A DNA stretch of 64,000 nucleotides from Patescibacteria group bacterium (GCA_040384705.1 JAZKIU010000001.1:229675-293674), one strand, 5' to 3'; counted from the stretch's first letter, positions 46,571-57,866 are shown. Notes: generated by a model from the sequence alone, not told the origin. Numbers and translations are program-made.

Positions 46571-47131
46571 ATGACCATCCTTTATATCGTTCTGGGCGTC
46601 CTCGCCCTCATCGTGCTCTGGGCTATCTTCGCGTTCAACGGCTTCGTATCGCTCCGCAACCGTGCCAAGGAAGCGTGGTCCGATATCGAGGTGCAGATGA
46701 AGCGCCGCTATGACCTCATCCCGAACCTCATCGAGACGGTGAAGGGATACGCAGCGCATGAGAGCCAGACGCTCGCGAATGTCACCGCAGCACGCACCGC
46801 CGCTATGGGCGCGCAGACGGTAGGTGAGCACGCGCAGGCAGAGAATATGCTCACAGGCGCGCTCAAGTCCCTCTTCGCAGTGTCCGAGGCATATCCTGAC
46901 CTCAAGGCGAACACCAACTTCCTCGAGCTCCAGCGTGAACTCTCCGACACCGAGAACAAGGTCATGGCCTCCCGCCGCTTCTACAACACGAACGTCCAGA
47001 CGCTCAACACTGCTATCGAGCAGTTCCCCGGCAACGTCATTGCAGGCTCGTTCGGCTTCAAGCAGATGGAGCTGTTCGAGCTCGCGGATAGCGAGGCTGC
47101 GGCTCGTGAGCCAGTGAAGGTTTCCTTCTAA
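46571..47131 (+). CDS. LemA-family membrane protein
   Basis: An N-terminal TM helix is followed by the LemA domain (NRAKEAWSDIEVQMKRRYDLIPNL...). The start is trimmed from the track ORF at 46283 to ATG 46571. Confidence 0.8.
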   Translation: MTILYIVLGVLALIVLWAIFAFNGFVSLRNRAKEAWSDIEVQMKRRYDLIPNLIETVKGYAAHESQTLANVTAARTAAMGAQTVGEHAQAENMLTGALKSLFAVSEAYPDLKANTNFLELQRELSDTENKVMASRRFYNTNVQTLNTAIEQFPGNVIAGSFGFKQMELFELADSEAAAREPVKVSF

Positions 47132-47167
47132 GAGTAAGGCGCGCGTTTGTAACGCGTCACTAATACC

Positions 47168-48064
47168 ATGAACCTCTACCAAGAACGCTCAAGCAACGTC
47201 TTCAAGACCTGGGCCCTCATGCTCGGCTTCTTCCTGCTGGTGATTGCGGTAGGTTGGGCAATTTCCTGGTACTACGACTCGCCCGCTATCCTCTACGGCG
47301 CGGTCATCCTCTCCGTGCTCATGAACGTAGGTAGCTACTGGTTCTCGGATAAGCTCGTGCTCTCGATGACGAGCGCCAAGCCCGCGACACGAGCGGAATA
47401 CTTCGATCTCTACACGGTCACAGAGAACCTTGCCATAACGGCAGGGCTCCCTATGCCGAAGCTCTACGTGATAGACGACGCAGCGCCAAACGCATTCGCG
47501 ACCGGACGCGATGAGAAGCATGCTGTGGTCGTAGCGACCACAGGGCTCCTCAATATCCTCGACCGCACCGAGCTTGAGGGCGTCATCGCGCACGAGCTCT
47601 CGCATGTGAAGAACAAGGACATGCTCGTTATGACGGTCGCGGTCGTGCTTGCCGGGTTCCTCGCCATCATCGCCGACATCTTCCTGCGCATGAGCATGTT
47701 CGGCGGAGGCGACCGTGATAGCGGCAAAGCCGGCGCGCTCTTTGCGGTGCTCGCAGTCGTGGGCATCATCCTCGCCCCTATCGCGGCCCAGCTCATACAG
47801 CTCGCCATTTCCCGCCGCCGTGAATACCTCGCCGACTCCTCCGGCGCCCTCCTCACCCGTTACCCGGAAGGCCTCGCTTCTGCGCTCCGGAAGATAGGAA
47901 GCTATGCCGCGCCTATGAAGATCGCGAACCACGCCACTGCGCACTTGTTCATAGGAAATCCGTTCGGTGCACGTGCCTCAAGCTTCACGAACAAACTCTT
48001 CGCTACCCATCCGCCTATCGAGGATCGCATCAAGAAGCTGCTCGGCGCTGCTCGGGCTGAATAA
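47168..48064 (+). CDS. htpX: Zinc metalloprotease HtpX (M48 family)
   Basis: It has a HELSHV HExxH motif, four TM helices and M48 topology. Confidence 0.9.
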   Translation: MNLYQERSSNVFKTWALMLGFFLLVIAVGWAISWYYDSPAILYGAVILSVLMNVGSYWFSDKLVLSMTSAKPATRAEYFDLYTVTENLAITAGLPMPKLYVIDDAAPNAFATGRDEKHAVVVATTGLLNILDRTELEGVIAHELSHVKNKDMLVMTVAVVLAGFLAIIADIFLRMSMFGGGDRDSGKAGALFAVLAVVGIILAPIAAQLIQLAISRRREYLADSSGALLTRYPEGLASALRKIGSYAAPMKIANHATAHLFIGNPFGARASSFTNKLFATHPPIEDRIKKLLGAARAE

Positions 48065-48103
48065 GCCCAGCCTGCAGTGTTTTGTGCTATAACAGCACTA
48101 CCC

Positions 48104-48188
48104 GGAGGCGTCGGATAGCGGTTTATTCCACCACCTTGGAAAGGTGGCATATCGAAAGGTATCGAGAGTTCGAATCTCTCCGCCTCCG
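48104..48188 (+). tRNA. tRNA-Ser with a GGA anticodon and a long variable arm. No CCA is encoded.
   Basis: The acceptor stem is GGAGGCG/CGCCTCC. The anticodon stem CCACC/GGTGG encloses the loop TTGGAAA. The variable arm is 17 nt. The T-arm is GAGAG-TTCGAAT-CTCTC, and the discriminator base is G. Confidence 0.85.
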
Positions 48189-48258
48189 CTACAATCGTTT
48201 TCTTCATACCCACCCACCGGCATAATTCCTGGCGGGTCTGAATGTATACTTCCCATAT

Positions 48259-48891
48259 ATGGGCACGCTTCCTCATGGCGCACGATATGCTGTCGTATTG
48301 CTTGCGGCCTGCGCTATCATGCTCGCTGCGTTCGCGCTCGTGAACGCGGAAGACAGTGTCTTCGGCGAGCACGTCACAAGCCCTCGCCCGACGGTGACTT
48401 CCGCCCTTGTCGTCTCTGCGGGCTCAAGAAGCATCGAGGTAATAGAAGCCGAAGGGACTGACGAATCGGTACTGATCGTCGTGCGTATACTCGCGGACAC
48501 GGTGATATTCGCTGGCAGGGATACGGTTGAATCGGACGCGCTCGCGCAAGGGCAGCGTATCCAGATCCGCGGCACCAGGACGGAGAGTGGGATAGACGCA
48601 AGCATGATACGAATAGTCACCCTCGGAGAGGTCGAGATCGACGAGGAAGAAGTGCAGCCACTGCTCGCGGAAGAAATCGTGCCGGAGACCGTGCAGCCGG
48701 AGCCGGTTCCTGAACCCGCGCCGCCGCTCGAGTCGTCAGCCCCTCCTGCACCTGAGCCGCTCCCACCTGTGGAAGAGCCTGTCGAGGAGGAGGTGCCCGC
48801 GCCGGAACCGGAAGAGCCTCTGCCCGACGAAATAGAGCAGATGCCCGTGGTAGAACCCGCGCCGCCCGAGGGTGAGCAGCCCGAAGCATGA
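48259..48891 (+). CDS. Secreted or anchored protein with a Pro/Glu-rich C-terminal region. It is the first gene of the giant-surface-protein cluster.
   Basis: It has a signal or anchor sequence and a PEPVPEPAPP low-complexity tail. Its stop overlaps the next start (ATGA). Confidence 0.55.
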   Translation: MGTLPHGARYAVVLLAACAIMLAAFALVNAEDSVFGEHVTSPRPTVTSALVVSAGSRSIEVIEAEGTDESVLIVVRILADTVIFAGRDTVESDALAQGQRIQIRGTRTESGIDASMIRIVTLGEVEIDEEEVQPLLAEEIVPETVQPEPVPEPAPPLESSAPPAPEPLPPVEEPVEEEVPAPEPEEPLPDEIEQMPVVEPAPPEGEQPEA

Positions 48892-51800
48892 TGCGGACCG
48901 CGTATACCTCGCGCGTGCGATTCTTGGCAGCGCTCGTCCTGATGACTTTGGTCGTCATCGTCCTCTATCAGGCACTTACCGCACGCGCATTCTCGTCCGG
49001 TGCGGGTACCTGGGACGATCCGTACGTCGTCACTACCTGTGCGGAGCTCGAGAGCATAGGCTCCACGGCCGCCAACCGTCATGCGAATTACGTGCTCGGC
49101 AACGATATTGATTGCTCCAGCATCCCGAGCTACACGCCGATAGGTACTGCCAATAGCCCGTTCACCGGCCGCTTCGACGGCGCAGGGTACACCATCTCGC
49201 ACCTGACCGCAGGCAGCGCGTTCGCATCGTACGTCGGTGTATTCGGGCATGTATACGGCGGCGTCGTGCGGAACGTGCATGTGGATGACGCTGATATCCT
49301 CGGCGAGGATCATTTGGGCGCGGTCGTTGGGCAGCTGAACGCCGGTATGATCCTTGGGGTGCGGGTCACGAACTCCGCCATAGTCGTGAACGACGGACCT
49401 CGCGCAGGCGGCATCGTCGGGAACGCGACCGAATCCTATCTCAATACCGTCTCGGCGACCGGCACGAGCATAACGCTCACCAATGACACCGGGAGCAACA
49501 GCGGCATCGGCGGCATCGCGGGCGATGCGGATTTCACCAATATCACGAACGCGTATTCCGATGCGACCATCGCCGCTACCGGTGCGACCTTGGTCGGCGG
49601 CATCGTCGGCGGCTCGGCGCGCAACGTCGAGATCTCCGATTCCTATTTCGTCGGTACGGTAACCGGCACGAGCCTCGTGGGCGGTATTCTCGGGGGCGCA
49701 TCCACGGCATCAGCACCCATCACCGTGCGTTCATCGTATTTCTCCGGGGCCGCGACCGGCACCGCAGTTACGGCTATAGTGGGAGGCCTTGTCGGCAGCA
49801 TATCCGCTTCCGCATCCTTGATACAGGACTCCTTCTCGACTGGTGCGGTGTCGACAAGCACGAACGCCGGCGGCATCGTCGGCAGCTCGAACACCGCGGC
49901 GGCGAACTTCAGCAATCTCGTGTACTCCCGTGTCGGCACGACACGCTCGCGTTGCGAAGGGAACTCGCTGCCTTTAGGTGACGCTACCTATACATCCGGC
50001 CAATGCACCTTCCAGGATACGGACTCTTATTACAACAGCAGCAGCAATGCCCCGCTCTCGTCCTGGAACTTCACCGACATCTGGGAAACGGTCCCATCGA
50101 ACCGTCCGATACTCCGTGCATTCCCCTTCGTGGAGGCGACCTCCTATACATCAGTCGGCTCATGCGCCGCGCTGTCCGCAGCGCTACTCGACAATGCGAA
50201 CGGCTGGTACAGCCTCACAGGCGACATAGACTGCGCAGGAGATACCGCGCTCGCGCCCTTCGCCAGCACCTCGAGCAAGGCGTTCACGGGCAGACTCGAC
50301 GGGAACGGGCACACCATCGATGGCGTTTCGTACACCACAAGCGCTTCGGGGAACCATTATGGACTCTTCATAGCGGCATTCGGTGCTATCTTCGAGGACT
50401 TCACGCTTGCTGGTACCGGTATCGTTGCGGAGAACAAGACGGAAGTCGGCGGGCTCGCCGGCATCGGGAGCGGCAGCGTACTGCTGGGCGTGCATAGTAC
50501 GGTCCCGGTCGAGACCGGTTCGGGCGGCGACTACGTCATCGGCGGCCTGGTGGGCCAAGGCGGCGGGCTCATCATCGAGGACTCGAGCGTGAATGCCGAC
50601 GTGACGACCGACGGCTTCGGGTACGCGATAGGCGGGTTGGTCGGATTCGCCAACTATCTCCATGTAACGGACAGCCAGTACCTTGGGGGCACGGTTCGGG
50701 GCGGCGATACGGTCGGCGGCATCGTCGGGTTCGCGTCGGCCGTCTATATGGACTCGGTCGCAAGCGCGGGCACCATCACTGGCTCTTCCTATATGGGAGG
50801 CCTTGGAGGCGACGTGCTCGGGCCCTCTACCATCTCGAACTCGTCCTCGACGGCCAGCATCGTCGGGAACACCGACTACGATACCTTCTTCGGGAATATC
50901 GGCGGGCTGGTCGGGAGTGCATTCGATATCGCGTTCCTTAATGTCGTCTCGCAGAACCTCATAGATATCAGTGTCGGCGACGGAGCGGAAAGCGTCGGCG
51001 GCATCGCGGGGGTGATCGATAGCAGCGGATATACGATGACGAACGCGACCTCGACCGCAACCTTCGTCATTGCGGGGGACGCGGGCTCGTTCTGGGGGAG
51101 TATCGGCGGGCTTGTCGGCGGATCCTCCGGCCATACCTATAGCAATCTCTATGCCTCCACCACTATCGAAGTAGCAACGGCGCTCGCGCCTGCCGCTACC
51201 ATCGAGTCCATCGGCCTCATTCTCGGACTGAGCGATGGGGATACCATGGCCAGCAGCTCGGCTCTTGGAGCGATCGTGCTCCATGGCAATACGGCGAGCG
51301 GCGTCCTCAGCGATATTGGCGGCTTGGTCGGATCGATGAACGGATTCGACCACGCCGAGAACTTCGTTACGGCGGACATCGATATCACCGGCTTCAATGT
51401 ATCGAATATCGGCGGATACGCAGGCTCCGCATATGGCATCGGCTCCACACTCACGACTTCGTACGCCACGACCACCGTCACCATCCTTTCCTCGACGCCG
51501 AGCAGTATCGGCGGGTTCTTCGGGGATTTCACCAGCGCGGGGATAACGGAAACGTTCGCTCTGGGCTCGCTCGATATAACGGCCGGGCAAGGAGGCACGG
51601 GCCATGGCACACGCACAGGCGGCTTCGTCGGGAGCGCGTCGGGCGGCACGTTCGAGAACGTATACACTGCCGTGGATATATCGCTTACGGAGAATACTGC
51701 TTCTGGGAATGGCTCATCGTTCGGCGGCTTCGTCGGGTATCTCGCAGGGCTCGTCACGCTCGATAACGTGTACGCTTCGGGCGATCTTATATTCACGGCT

Positions 51801-54329
51801 TCCGGAGGCTCGACCGTTAACAGAATCGGTGGCCTCCTCGGAGAGTCTGCGGCCGCTACGAACGCCATATCGAATAGTTTCAGCGCAGGTGCGGTCACGC
51901 CGATAATCGGCTCGCTCCAGGTCGGTGGGTTCTTGGGCTTGCATAACGGCAGCGAGACGCTTGATAATAATCACTATGACGTCACGCGTTCGGGACAGGC
52001 CTTCTGTACGCAGACTGATGAAGCCTGGTGCACAGGCGACAACGTGGGCTCGGCGGACTCCGACTATTTCTATGATGATGCGAACGAGCCGATGGCGAGC
52101 TGGGACTTCAGTGCCGTCTGGGATTCCCACGATGATACGCATCCGACGTTCGAGTACTTCGCTTCCCTGTTCGGTCCAGGCGCAGAGGACGGAGGGGGAG
52201 CGACCGCGCCCACGATGACGGCCAGTGCCGCGTCCGCGGTCACGGATACCACGGCGACGCTTAACGGGAACATCACTGCCGTCGGTTCCGCGACACCGAC
52301 CGCTCGTGGCTTTGAGTACGGCCTCACGACCGCGTACGGCGCGACGACGACGGAAGCAGGGAGCTTCTCGACCGGAGCGTACACCGCATCCGCGTCGAGT
52401 CTCACATGCAATACCGCGTATCATTTCCGCTCGTACGCGACGAGCGCGGACGGCACCGGCTACAGCGCTGACGACACATTTACGACGAGCGCGTGCACAG
52501 GAGGCGGAGGCGGTGGAGGGAACGGTAGCGGCAGGAGGGAGATAGAGCCGCCCGTCATCTCGAACGTGAGGAGTACCATCACAGACGGAAGCGTCCGGAT
52601 AACGTGGGACACGGATACTCCCGCGTCGACGCAGATAGTATACGGACCGACGCAGTGCCTCGGCCTTTCGACCCCGGAATCCAATACGGGCACGAGCCGT
52701 ACGACCAAGCATGTGGTCGTGCTTCCGACGTTCGCCTGCAGGAACAGTGCCCACTTCTCCGCGCTGTCGGTAGACGCGCATGGGAACAGGAGCGTTTCCC
52801 CCGGACATTCCAATAATCTATTGCTGTGCCCAGCGTTCTCTCCGCCGCCGAGCCCCTCGCTTCTTAGTTGTCCCTATCCGCAGCCAGCTGTGCCTGTGCC
52901 AACTCCAGTGCCAGTAGCGCCCGCGCCCGCGATAAGCAGTCCTGTAGTGGAGATTCCAATCCCGCCCGCAAGCGAAATCGAACCGACGGTCATCGTCAAC
53001 GGAGGGAATCCAATTACGAACGATCCGATAGTGGGTGTACAGGTAACGCCTCCGGCAGGCACGGTCGCCTTCGTACTCTTCGATGCCGAAGATCCCTCCC
53101 ATACGGTATCGGTGCCGGTAGCCGTCGGAACCGTGGTCGTGGACCAGGAATGGGAGCTCTGCACCAATGCTTCAGCGTGTACGGGCGGGGAGCACACGCT
53201 CGCAGTATTCTTCATCGACGCGAGTGGGGCGGAATCGACCGTGATACGCCGCACCGTTACGCTCGTGAGCGGGAGGGAAGAACCGACAGCTATTTCCGCT
53301 GGCACTGAAGGAGATTCGATATTCACGCGGATAGCGGCAGGCATTGAGCGCATACTGACGGATGGCTCCCGAGCAGTCGCTCCTGTCCTCGCCTTGCTAC
53401 CTGCGGCGGGTATCGCCACGAGCGCGCTTGGAATCATCTGGGCCCTCGCTTCGCGGCTGCGTTCGCTTAGCGATATACCGATGCTTGCATATCGCGCGTT
53501 CGCTACGATATTCGGGTTCGGGTACCTGCGCAGGCGTGACAGGGCGTGGGGAACCGTGTACGACAGCCGGACGCGCCGCCCGCTCGACCCTGCGGTCGTC
53601 ACCCTGCATGACGCATCCGGGAAGGATATGAAGACGGTCATCACTGATCTCGACGGACGATTCGCCTTCCTGGCAGATGCAGGCACGTATTCCATCACCG
53701 CCGCGAAGGGCCATCATTCATTCCCTGCGCAGAACCTTCCCGCTATCGATCCGCTCTATCCATACCCATACACGGGCGGACCGATACCGGTGGGAGAGGA
53801 GGGCGTCATCGTGAAGGATATCCCACTCGACCCGGTCGATTTCGACTGGAACGAGTACGAGAAATACCGCCGCGGCCTCTACCGGTTCTTCTCCCGCTTC
53901 GACCGTCCGCTCGCGTACGCCGCCCTCATCCTCACCCCGCTCGGCGCGCTCATTTCGCTCGTTGCTGCGGTCCTCGAGCCATCGGTCATCAATATCGTGT
54001 TCCTCTTCCTCTATGCGCTCATCGGGCTCCTCTATTACGTCGCCGGGTTCGCTCCTCGCGTCTACGGCATGCTGCTTGACGCCACTGGGCAGCCGCTCGC
54101 GTTCGCCGTCGTGAAGGCGTTCCGTCCGGGTGCGACCTCGACCGGCATCCATGTGGTGGCTGACCATCTCGGCCGCTACTACCTCCTCCTGCCGCGCGAA
54201 AGCGAGTTCGATATCCAAGTGGAGATGCGTGCTGGCGAAGAAGCGTATACGCCCGTCTTCCGCGAGCGACTCACGGGATTGAAGGGGCACCTCAATCGTC
54301 ACATCCGCGTACCGCTCGATTTACCGTAG
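48888..54329 (+). CDS. Giant 1813-aa surface protein with many GLUG-type glycine-rich repeats, an Fn3/PKD-like domain, a poly-Gly linker, and C-terminal TM helices flanking two carboxypeptidase-regulatory-like (CarboxypepD_reg) domains
   Basis: It has a signal peptide and repeated IGGLVG, VGGIVG and AGGIVG motifs. PPVISNVRSTITDGSVRITWDTDTPASTQIVYGP reads as Fn3-like. GTVYDSRTRRPLDPAVVTLHDASGKDMKTVITDLDGRFAF reads as CarboxypepD_reg-like. Confidence 0.8.
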   Translation: MMRTAYTSRVRFLAALVLMTLVVIVLYQALTARAFSSGAGTWDDPYVVTTCAELESIGSTAANRHANYVLGNDIDCSSIPSYTPIGTANSPFTGRFDGAGYTISHLTAGSAFASYVGVFGHVYGGVVRNVHVDDADILGEDHLGAVVGQLNAGMILGVRVTNSAIVVNDGPRAGGIVGNATESYLNTVSATGTSITLTNDTGSNSGIGGIAGDADFTNITNAYSDATIAATGATLVGGIVGGSARNVEISDSYFVGTVTGTSLVGGILGGASTASAPITVRSSYFSGAATGTAVTAIVGGLVGSISASASLIQDSFSTGAVSTSTNAGGIVGSSNTAAANFSNLVYSRVGTTRSRCEGNSLPLGDATYTSGQCTFQDTDSYYNSSSNAPLSSWNFTDIWETVPSNRPILRAFPFVEATSYTSVGSCAALSAALLDNANGWYSLTGDIDCAGDTALAPFASTSSKAFTGRLDGNGHTIDGVSYTTSASGNHYGLFIAAFGAIFEDFTLAGTGIVAENKTEVGGLAGIGSGSVLLGVHSTVPVETGSGGDYVIGGLVGQGGGLIIEDSSVNADVTTDGFGYAIGGLVGFANYLHVTDSQYLGGTVRGGDTVGGIVGFASAVYMDSVASAGTITGSSYMGGLGGDVLGPSTISNSSSTASIVGNTDYDTFFGNIGGLVGSAFDIAFLNVVSQNLIDISVGDGAESVGGIAGVIDSSGYTMTNATSTATFVIAGDAGSFWGSIGGLVGGSSGHTYSNLYASTTIEVATALAPAATIESIGLILGLSDGDTMASSSALGAIVLHGNTASGVLSDIGGLVGSMNGFDHAENFVTADIDITGFNVSNIGGYAGSAYGIGSTLTTSYATTTVTILSSTPSSIGGFFGDFTSAGITETFALGSLDITAGQGGTGHGTRTGGFVGSASGGTFENVYTAVDISLTENTASGNGSSFGGFVGYLAGLVTLDNVYASGDLIFTASGGSTVNRIGGLLGESAAATNAISNSFSAGAVTPIIGSLQVGGFLGLHNGSETLDNNHYDVTRSGQAFCTQTDEAWCTGDNVGSADSDYFYDDANEPMASWDFSAVWDSHDDTHPTFEYFASLFGPGAEDGGGATAPTMTASAASAVTDTTATLNGNITAVGSATPTARGFEYGLTTAYGATTTEAGSFSTGAYTASASSLTCNTAYHFRSYATSADGTGYSADDTFTTSACTGGGGGGGNGSGRREIEPPVISNVRSTITDGSVRITWDTDTPASTQIVYGPTQCLGLSTPESNTGTSRTTKHVVVLPTFACRNSAHFSALSVDAHGNRSVSPGHSNNLLLCPAFSPPPSPSLLSCPYPQPAVPVPTPVPVAPAPAISSPVVEIPIPPASEIEPTVIVNGGNPITNDPIVGVQVTPPAGTVAFVLFDAEDPSHTVSVPVAVGTVVVDQEWELCTNASACTGGEHTLAVFFIDASGAESTVIRRTVTLVSGREEPTAISAGTEGDSIFTRIAAGIERILTDGSRAVAPVLALLPAAGIATSALGIIWALASRLRSLSDIPMLAYRAFATIFGFGYLRRRDRAWGTVYDSRTRRPLDPAVVTLHDASGKDMKTVITDLDGRFAFLADAGTYSITAAKGHHSFPAQNLPAIDPLYPYPYTGGPIPVGEEGVIVKDIPLDPVDFDWNEYEKYRRGLYRFFSRFDRPLAYAALILTPLGALISLVAAVLEPSVINIVFLFLYALIGLLYYVAGFAPRVYGMLLDATGQPLAFAVVKAFRPGATSTGIHVVADHLGRYYLLLPRESEFDIQVEMRAGEEAYTPVFRERLTGLKGHLNRHIRVPLDLP

Positions 54330-54520
54330 AGAATTTATCCACAGGTTGTCAACAGTTTTGGACTTCATTGACGCCTCATATACCGAGTGCCACAATTCAT
54401 CACAGGTACACATGGTACGGCGTCCATGCATAATGGATGCGGTGAAGTTCGGCGCGATGGGCTCGCGCAACAGGATTTTTATCAAGCGTTACGCAGACGT
54501 GCGCACTTAATCCATTACCC

Positions 54521-57500
54521 ATGAAAAAGAATGATGCTCGTATGACGGCACTCCGCAAGTCTCTTGCGGTATTTAATGCTGGTCTCCTCATGTTCGCGCT
54601 CGTCGCGATCAATTCCCCTCTCATTGCCATCGCACAGACGACGGACGTCACTCCTGCAGTCGAGCCCGTCGAGGAGGTAGTGCCAGAGACAGAAGAATCG
54701 ATACTGCCGCCTGCGGACGATATCGTCCCACCAGCAGACGATGTGGCACTCGTGCCGCCCGAAGAAGGCGTCGTTCCTCCTCAGGAGGAAGTCCCTCCGG
54801 TAGTAGAGGAGACGGTAGAACCGGTACTTGAACGTGCCGCCGAAGTGCTAGAGGAGGCCGTCCTCATAGACGAAGGGCCTCAGTGCATCATTCTGAGCGA
54901 CACGACGACGCTCGAGGGAGGCGACGCATCTGTCGAGGTATCGCCCTTGAACGCGGGTTGGACCGCGGTAGTCGACGTGCTTGCGAAGTGGATATGGGGC
55001 GAGAACCCTGTCGCTGACCCGATCAACGACGTCACCGAGGTATTCACCAAGACTTTCTCCATCACGGATGACTCGTCGGGGGGTACGCTCATCGTCGCAG
55101 CCGATAACTCGTATACCGTCATGCTCGACGGCAACCCTATCGGGAACCCGAACGATTCCGACGACGAGGATAACTACCATGCCGGGAAGGAGGACACGAT
55201 AGCCATTTCCGCTGCGGCGCTCGGAGCGGGAAGTCACACGCTCACCTTCACGGTGAAGAACTGGGGGCAGGCGAATGGAACCGCTGCGAAGAATCCTGCA
55301 GGACTCAAGTACAAGCTCACCATCGATGAGACGGACTGCGGAACGCCTCCTCCGCCACGCGAGCAGTGCGTGCTCGTGAGCGATACGACGACGCTCGAGG
55401 GTGGTACCGCATCTGCGCTCGTCACGTTCATTCATAATTCGTGGACCGCGCTCATCCAGAGCGCCTCCTGGATATGGGGCGAGGACCCAGCGACCGATAC
55501 GGCCGCGGGCAAGACTGAGATCTTCACCAAGACGTTCTGGCTTGATGGGGCAGTCGCAAGCTCGACGCTCCTCATCGCGGCCGATAACGGCTATACCGTG
55601 GAGCTGAACGGTGTAGAAGTGGGTGCAGACCCGCAGGAGAAGAACTACACCGCGGCAGGGCAGGACGTCATCACGATCGATGCGGGCGACTTCAACGTCG
55701 GCGCCAATACGCTCGTGTTCACCGTCGATAACTTCCCGCTCGCCAACGGAACCTCGCAGACCAACCCGGGTGGCCTCCTCTACAGGCTCACCATCGACGG
55801 GACGGAGTGCGATGACGTACCGCCCGCGCAAGAGACCGCGACGGTGTACATCATGAAGTACCTCAAGACCGCCAACGGCACAGAGCAGGTACTCGATGGC
55901 TCCGGCGCGCCCGCATTCCCGATGACCGCGTCATGGAATGCGACTAATATAGGCGCGGGCTCCGGAGGCTACACGCTCACCGCACCGACCTATGGCGCGA
56001 CCACGTCCGCTATGTCGTCTCCCGCAGACTACACGACGTCCGAAGTCACCGACGGAAGCGTCGTGCTCCCGGCCAATACGCCCGACGAGCAATGCACGCC
56101 AGGGAAGTACCGCCTAGTCGGCTACAAGTCCGGATTCACCCTTACTGACGCCCAGAATGCAGCGGTGAGCGCGACCGCCCCGGTATACACCGACATCACC
56201 TCCGACCGCTACATCATCGTGGTGAACGAGGATTGCGACGAACTGAACGAGGACCCGGACCCTACGACCCTCCAGGTGCATATCTACAAGCATCTCAAGG
56301 ATGAGCAGTCGACGGGGCAGGTTTCGAACGGAGCGAACGTGCCTGACTTCCCTATGACCGCTACCTGGACGACCGCGAACCTCAACGGAGGGGCGACGAC
56401 GAGCGGCGCGTACGTGCTCGGGAACAGCCATGGAGGAGCGACCTTCGAGCACGCGGCCAATACTTCGCCTATGCAAGCTCCCGCTGACTACACCACCTCC
56501 GAAGTCACGGACGGTTCGGTTGTCATCGCGAACGGCCAGCAGTGCGTCGCGGACAAGTACCGTCTCGTCGGCTACAAGTGGGGAACCACGTACGCGGAAG
56601 CTGTCGCGACCACGACGGTAACCGTGGCAGCACCTGAGTTCACCGACCTAACGAGCGACCGCTACGTCATCGTCGTGAACGAGGATTGTGATGATGTTCT
56701 GGACGACGGGGAGCCGACCGGTCCCGACGAGCAGACCATCGTCATCACCGGCAATACGTCGGGAGGCGAGAACCAGCTCGGTTGGTTGTTCAATCGCGAT
56801 ACCAACACCCAGTCACCGTACGCCTTCCAGGCGGGTAACGCAGCGACCGGTACGGGCAGTCTCTACGTGTCCCCGATAACGAACACGATAAACGGGAACA
56901 ACGATAAGTTCATCGGTGAGCTCTTCCTCCAGGAACAGATAGCCGATATCGATAGCATCTCGTACGACTTCAAGATCGGTACCCCGGACAGCACCGTAGA
57001 AGAGCAGTTCTACATGAGCGTCTACGCGAACTTCGGCGAGTCGAGCCCGACCAAGTTCTACGATTGCCGCTACAACGTCGTTCCTTCGACCGGTTCGACC
57101 GGAGGCTTCACGACGGTCACCTTCGACCCATCGCAGGTCTATGGAGTAACCCAGCACGGCACTTCCCCTCATCCTTGCCCTGCAACGCCATCCGGCATGG
57201 ATGCGCTCACCACCGGCTCCTCGACCATTCGCGTGATCGCGTTGAACGTAGGGGACACTACCGGAAGCGATACTGGTGTCAGCGGGTACCTCGACAAGGT
57301 GATAGTCGCGCTGAACGATCTCATCACTACGTATGACTTCGAGCCGGCACCAATTGTTCCGGGTAACGATGGCGACAATAACCGTAGCGGTGGAGGTGGA
57401 GGTGGGGGCGGAGGCTCCAGTTCCTCGGCAGCGCGAACCGGCTCGGTGCTCGGTGCGACAACCGACGCGGTCTGCAGCGCGCTCCTCTCGACCTTCATGA

Positions 57501-57790
57501 GGATGGGAACGACGAACGATGCGACCGAGGTTCTTGAGCTCCAAGGCTTCCTCAACGAGCACATGGGAGCAGGACTGCCCCTCACCGGCTTCTTCGGAGC
57601 CATGACGGACGCGGCGGTGCACGCCTTCCAGAAGAAGCACTGGGAAGATGTGCTCAAGCCATGGTTCCCATATCCTGCTGAGGGTATCCATGATGCGGAC
57701 GATTCCACGGGCTACGTGTACAAGACGACGCAGTGGAAGATAAACGACATCTACTGCCCGGACATAGCGCCGTTCCCACCGCTCCCGTAA
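54521..57790 (+). CDS. Large 1089-aa secreted repeat protein ending in a PG_binding_1 peptidoglycan-binding domain
   Basis: It has a signal peptide, two paired roughly 150-aa repeat types (C..LSDTTTLEGG...WIWGE and ...YRLVGYK...), a poly-Gly linker, and a C-terminal LELQGFLNEHMGAGLPLTGFFGAMTDAAVHAFQKKH. Confidence 0.8.
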   Translation: MKKNDARMTALRKSLAVFNAGLLMFALVAINSPLIAIAQTTDVTPAVEPVEEVVPETEESILPPADDIVPPADDVALVPPEEGVVPPQEEVPPVVEETVEPVLERAAEVLEEAVLIDEGPQCIILSDTTTLEGGDASVEVSPLNAGWTAVVDVLAKWIWGENPVADPINDVTEVFTKTFSITDDSSGGTLIVAADNSYTVMLDGNPIGNPNDSDDEDNYHAGKEDTIAISAAALGAGSHTLTFTVKNWGQANGTAAKNPAGLKYKLTIDETDCGTPPPPREQCVLVSDTTTLEGGTASALVTFIHNSWTALIQSASWIWGEDPATDTAAGKTEIFTKTFWLDGAVASSTLLIAADNGYTVELNGVEVGADPQEKNYTAAGQDVITIDAGDFNVGANTLVFTVDNFPLANGTSQTNPGGLLYRLTIDGTECDDVPPAQETATVYIMKYLKTANGTEQVLDGSGAPAFPMTASWNATNIGAGSGGYTLTAPTYGATTSAMSSPADYTTSEVTDGSVVLPANTPDEQCTPGKYRLVGYKSGFTLTDAQNAAVSATAPVYTDITSDRYIIVVNEDCDELNEDPDPTTLQVHIYKHLKDEQSTGQVSNGANVPDFPMTATWTTANLNGGATTSGAYVLGNSHGGATFEHAANTSPMQAPADYTTSEVTDGSVVIANGQQCVADKYRLVGYKWGTTYAEAVATTTVTVAAPEFTDLTSDRYVIVVNEDCDDVLDDGEPTGPDEQTIVITGNTSGGENQLGWLFNRDTNTQSPYAFQAGNAATGTGSLYVSPITNTINGNNDKFIGELFLQEQIADIDSISYDFKIGTPDSTVEEQFYMSVYANFGESSPTKFYDCRYNVVPSTGSTGGFTTVTFDPSQVYGVTQHGTSPHPCPATPSGMDALTTGSSTIRVIALNVGDTTGSDTGVSGYLDKVIVALNDLITTYDFEPAPIVPGNDGDNNRSGGGGGGGGGSSSSAARTGSVLGATTDAVCSALLSTFMRMGTTNDATEVLELQGFLNEHMGAGLPLTGFFGAMTDAAVHAFQKKHWEDVLKPWFPYPAEGIHDADDSTGYVYKTTQWKINDIYCPDIAPFPPLP

Positions 57791-57814
57791 TCGGGCGGTA
57801 GAAGGAATGCACAA

Positions 57815-57842
57815 GGCCCCGCTTGCGGGGTCTTGTCGTATC
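57815..57842 (+). terminator. Rho-independent terminator
   Basis: GGCCCCGCTTGCGGGGTC with a T-rich tail. Confidence 0.6.
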
Positions 57843-57866
57843 TAAAACGAATGGTAAAATAATTCC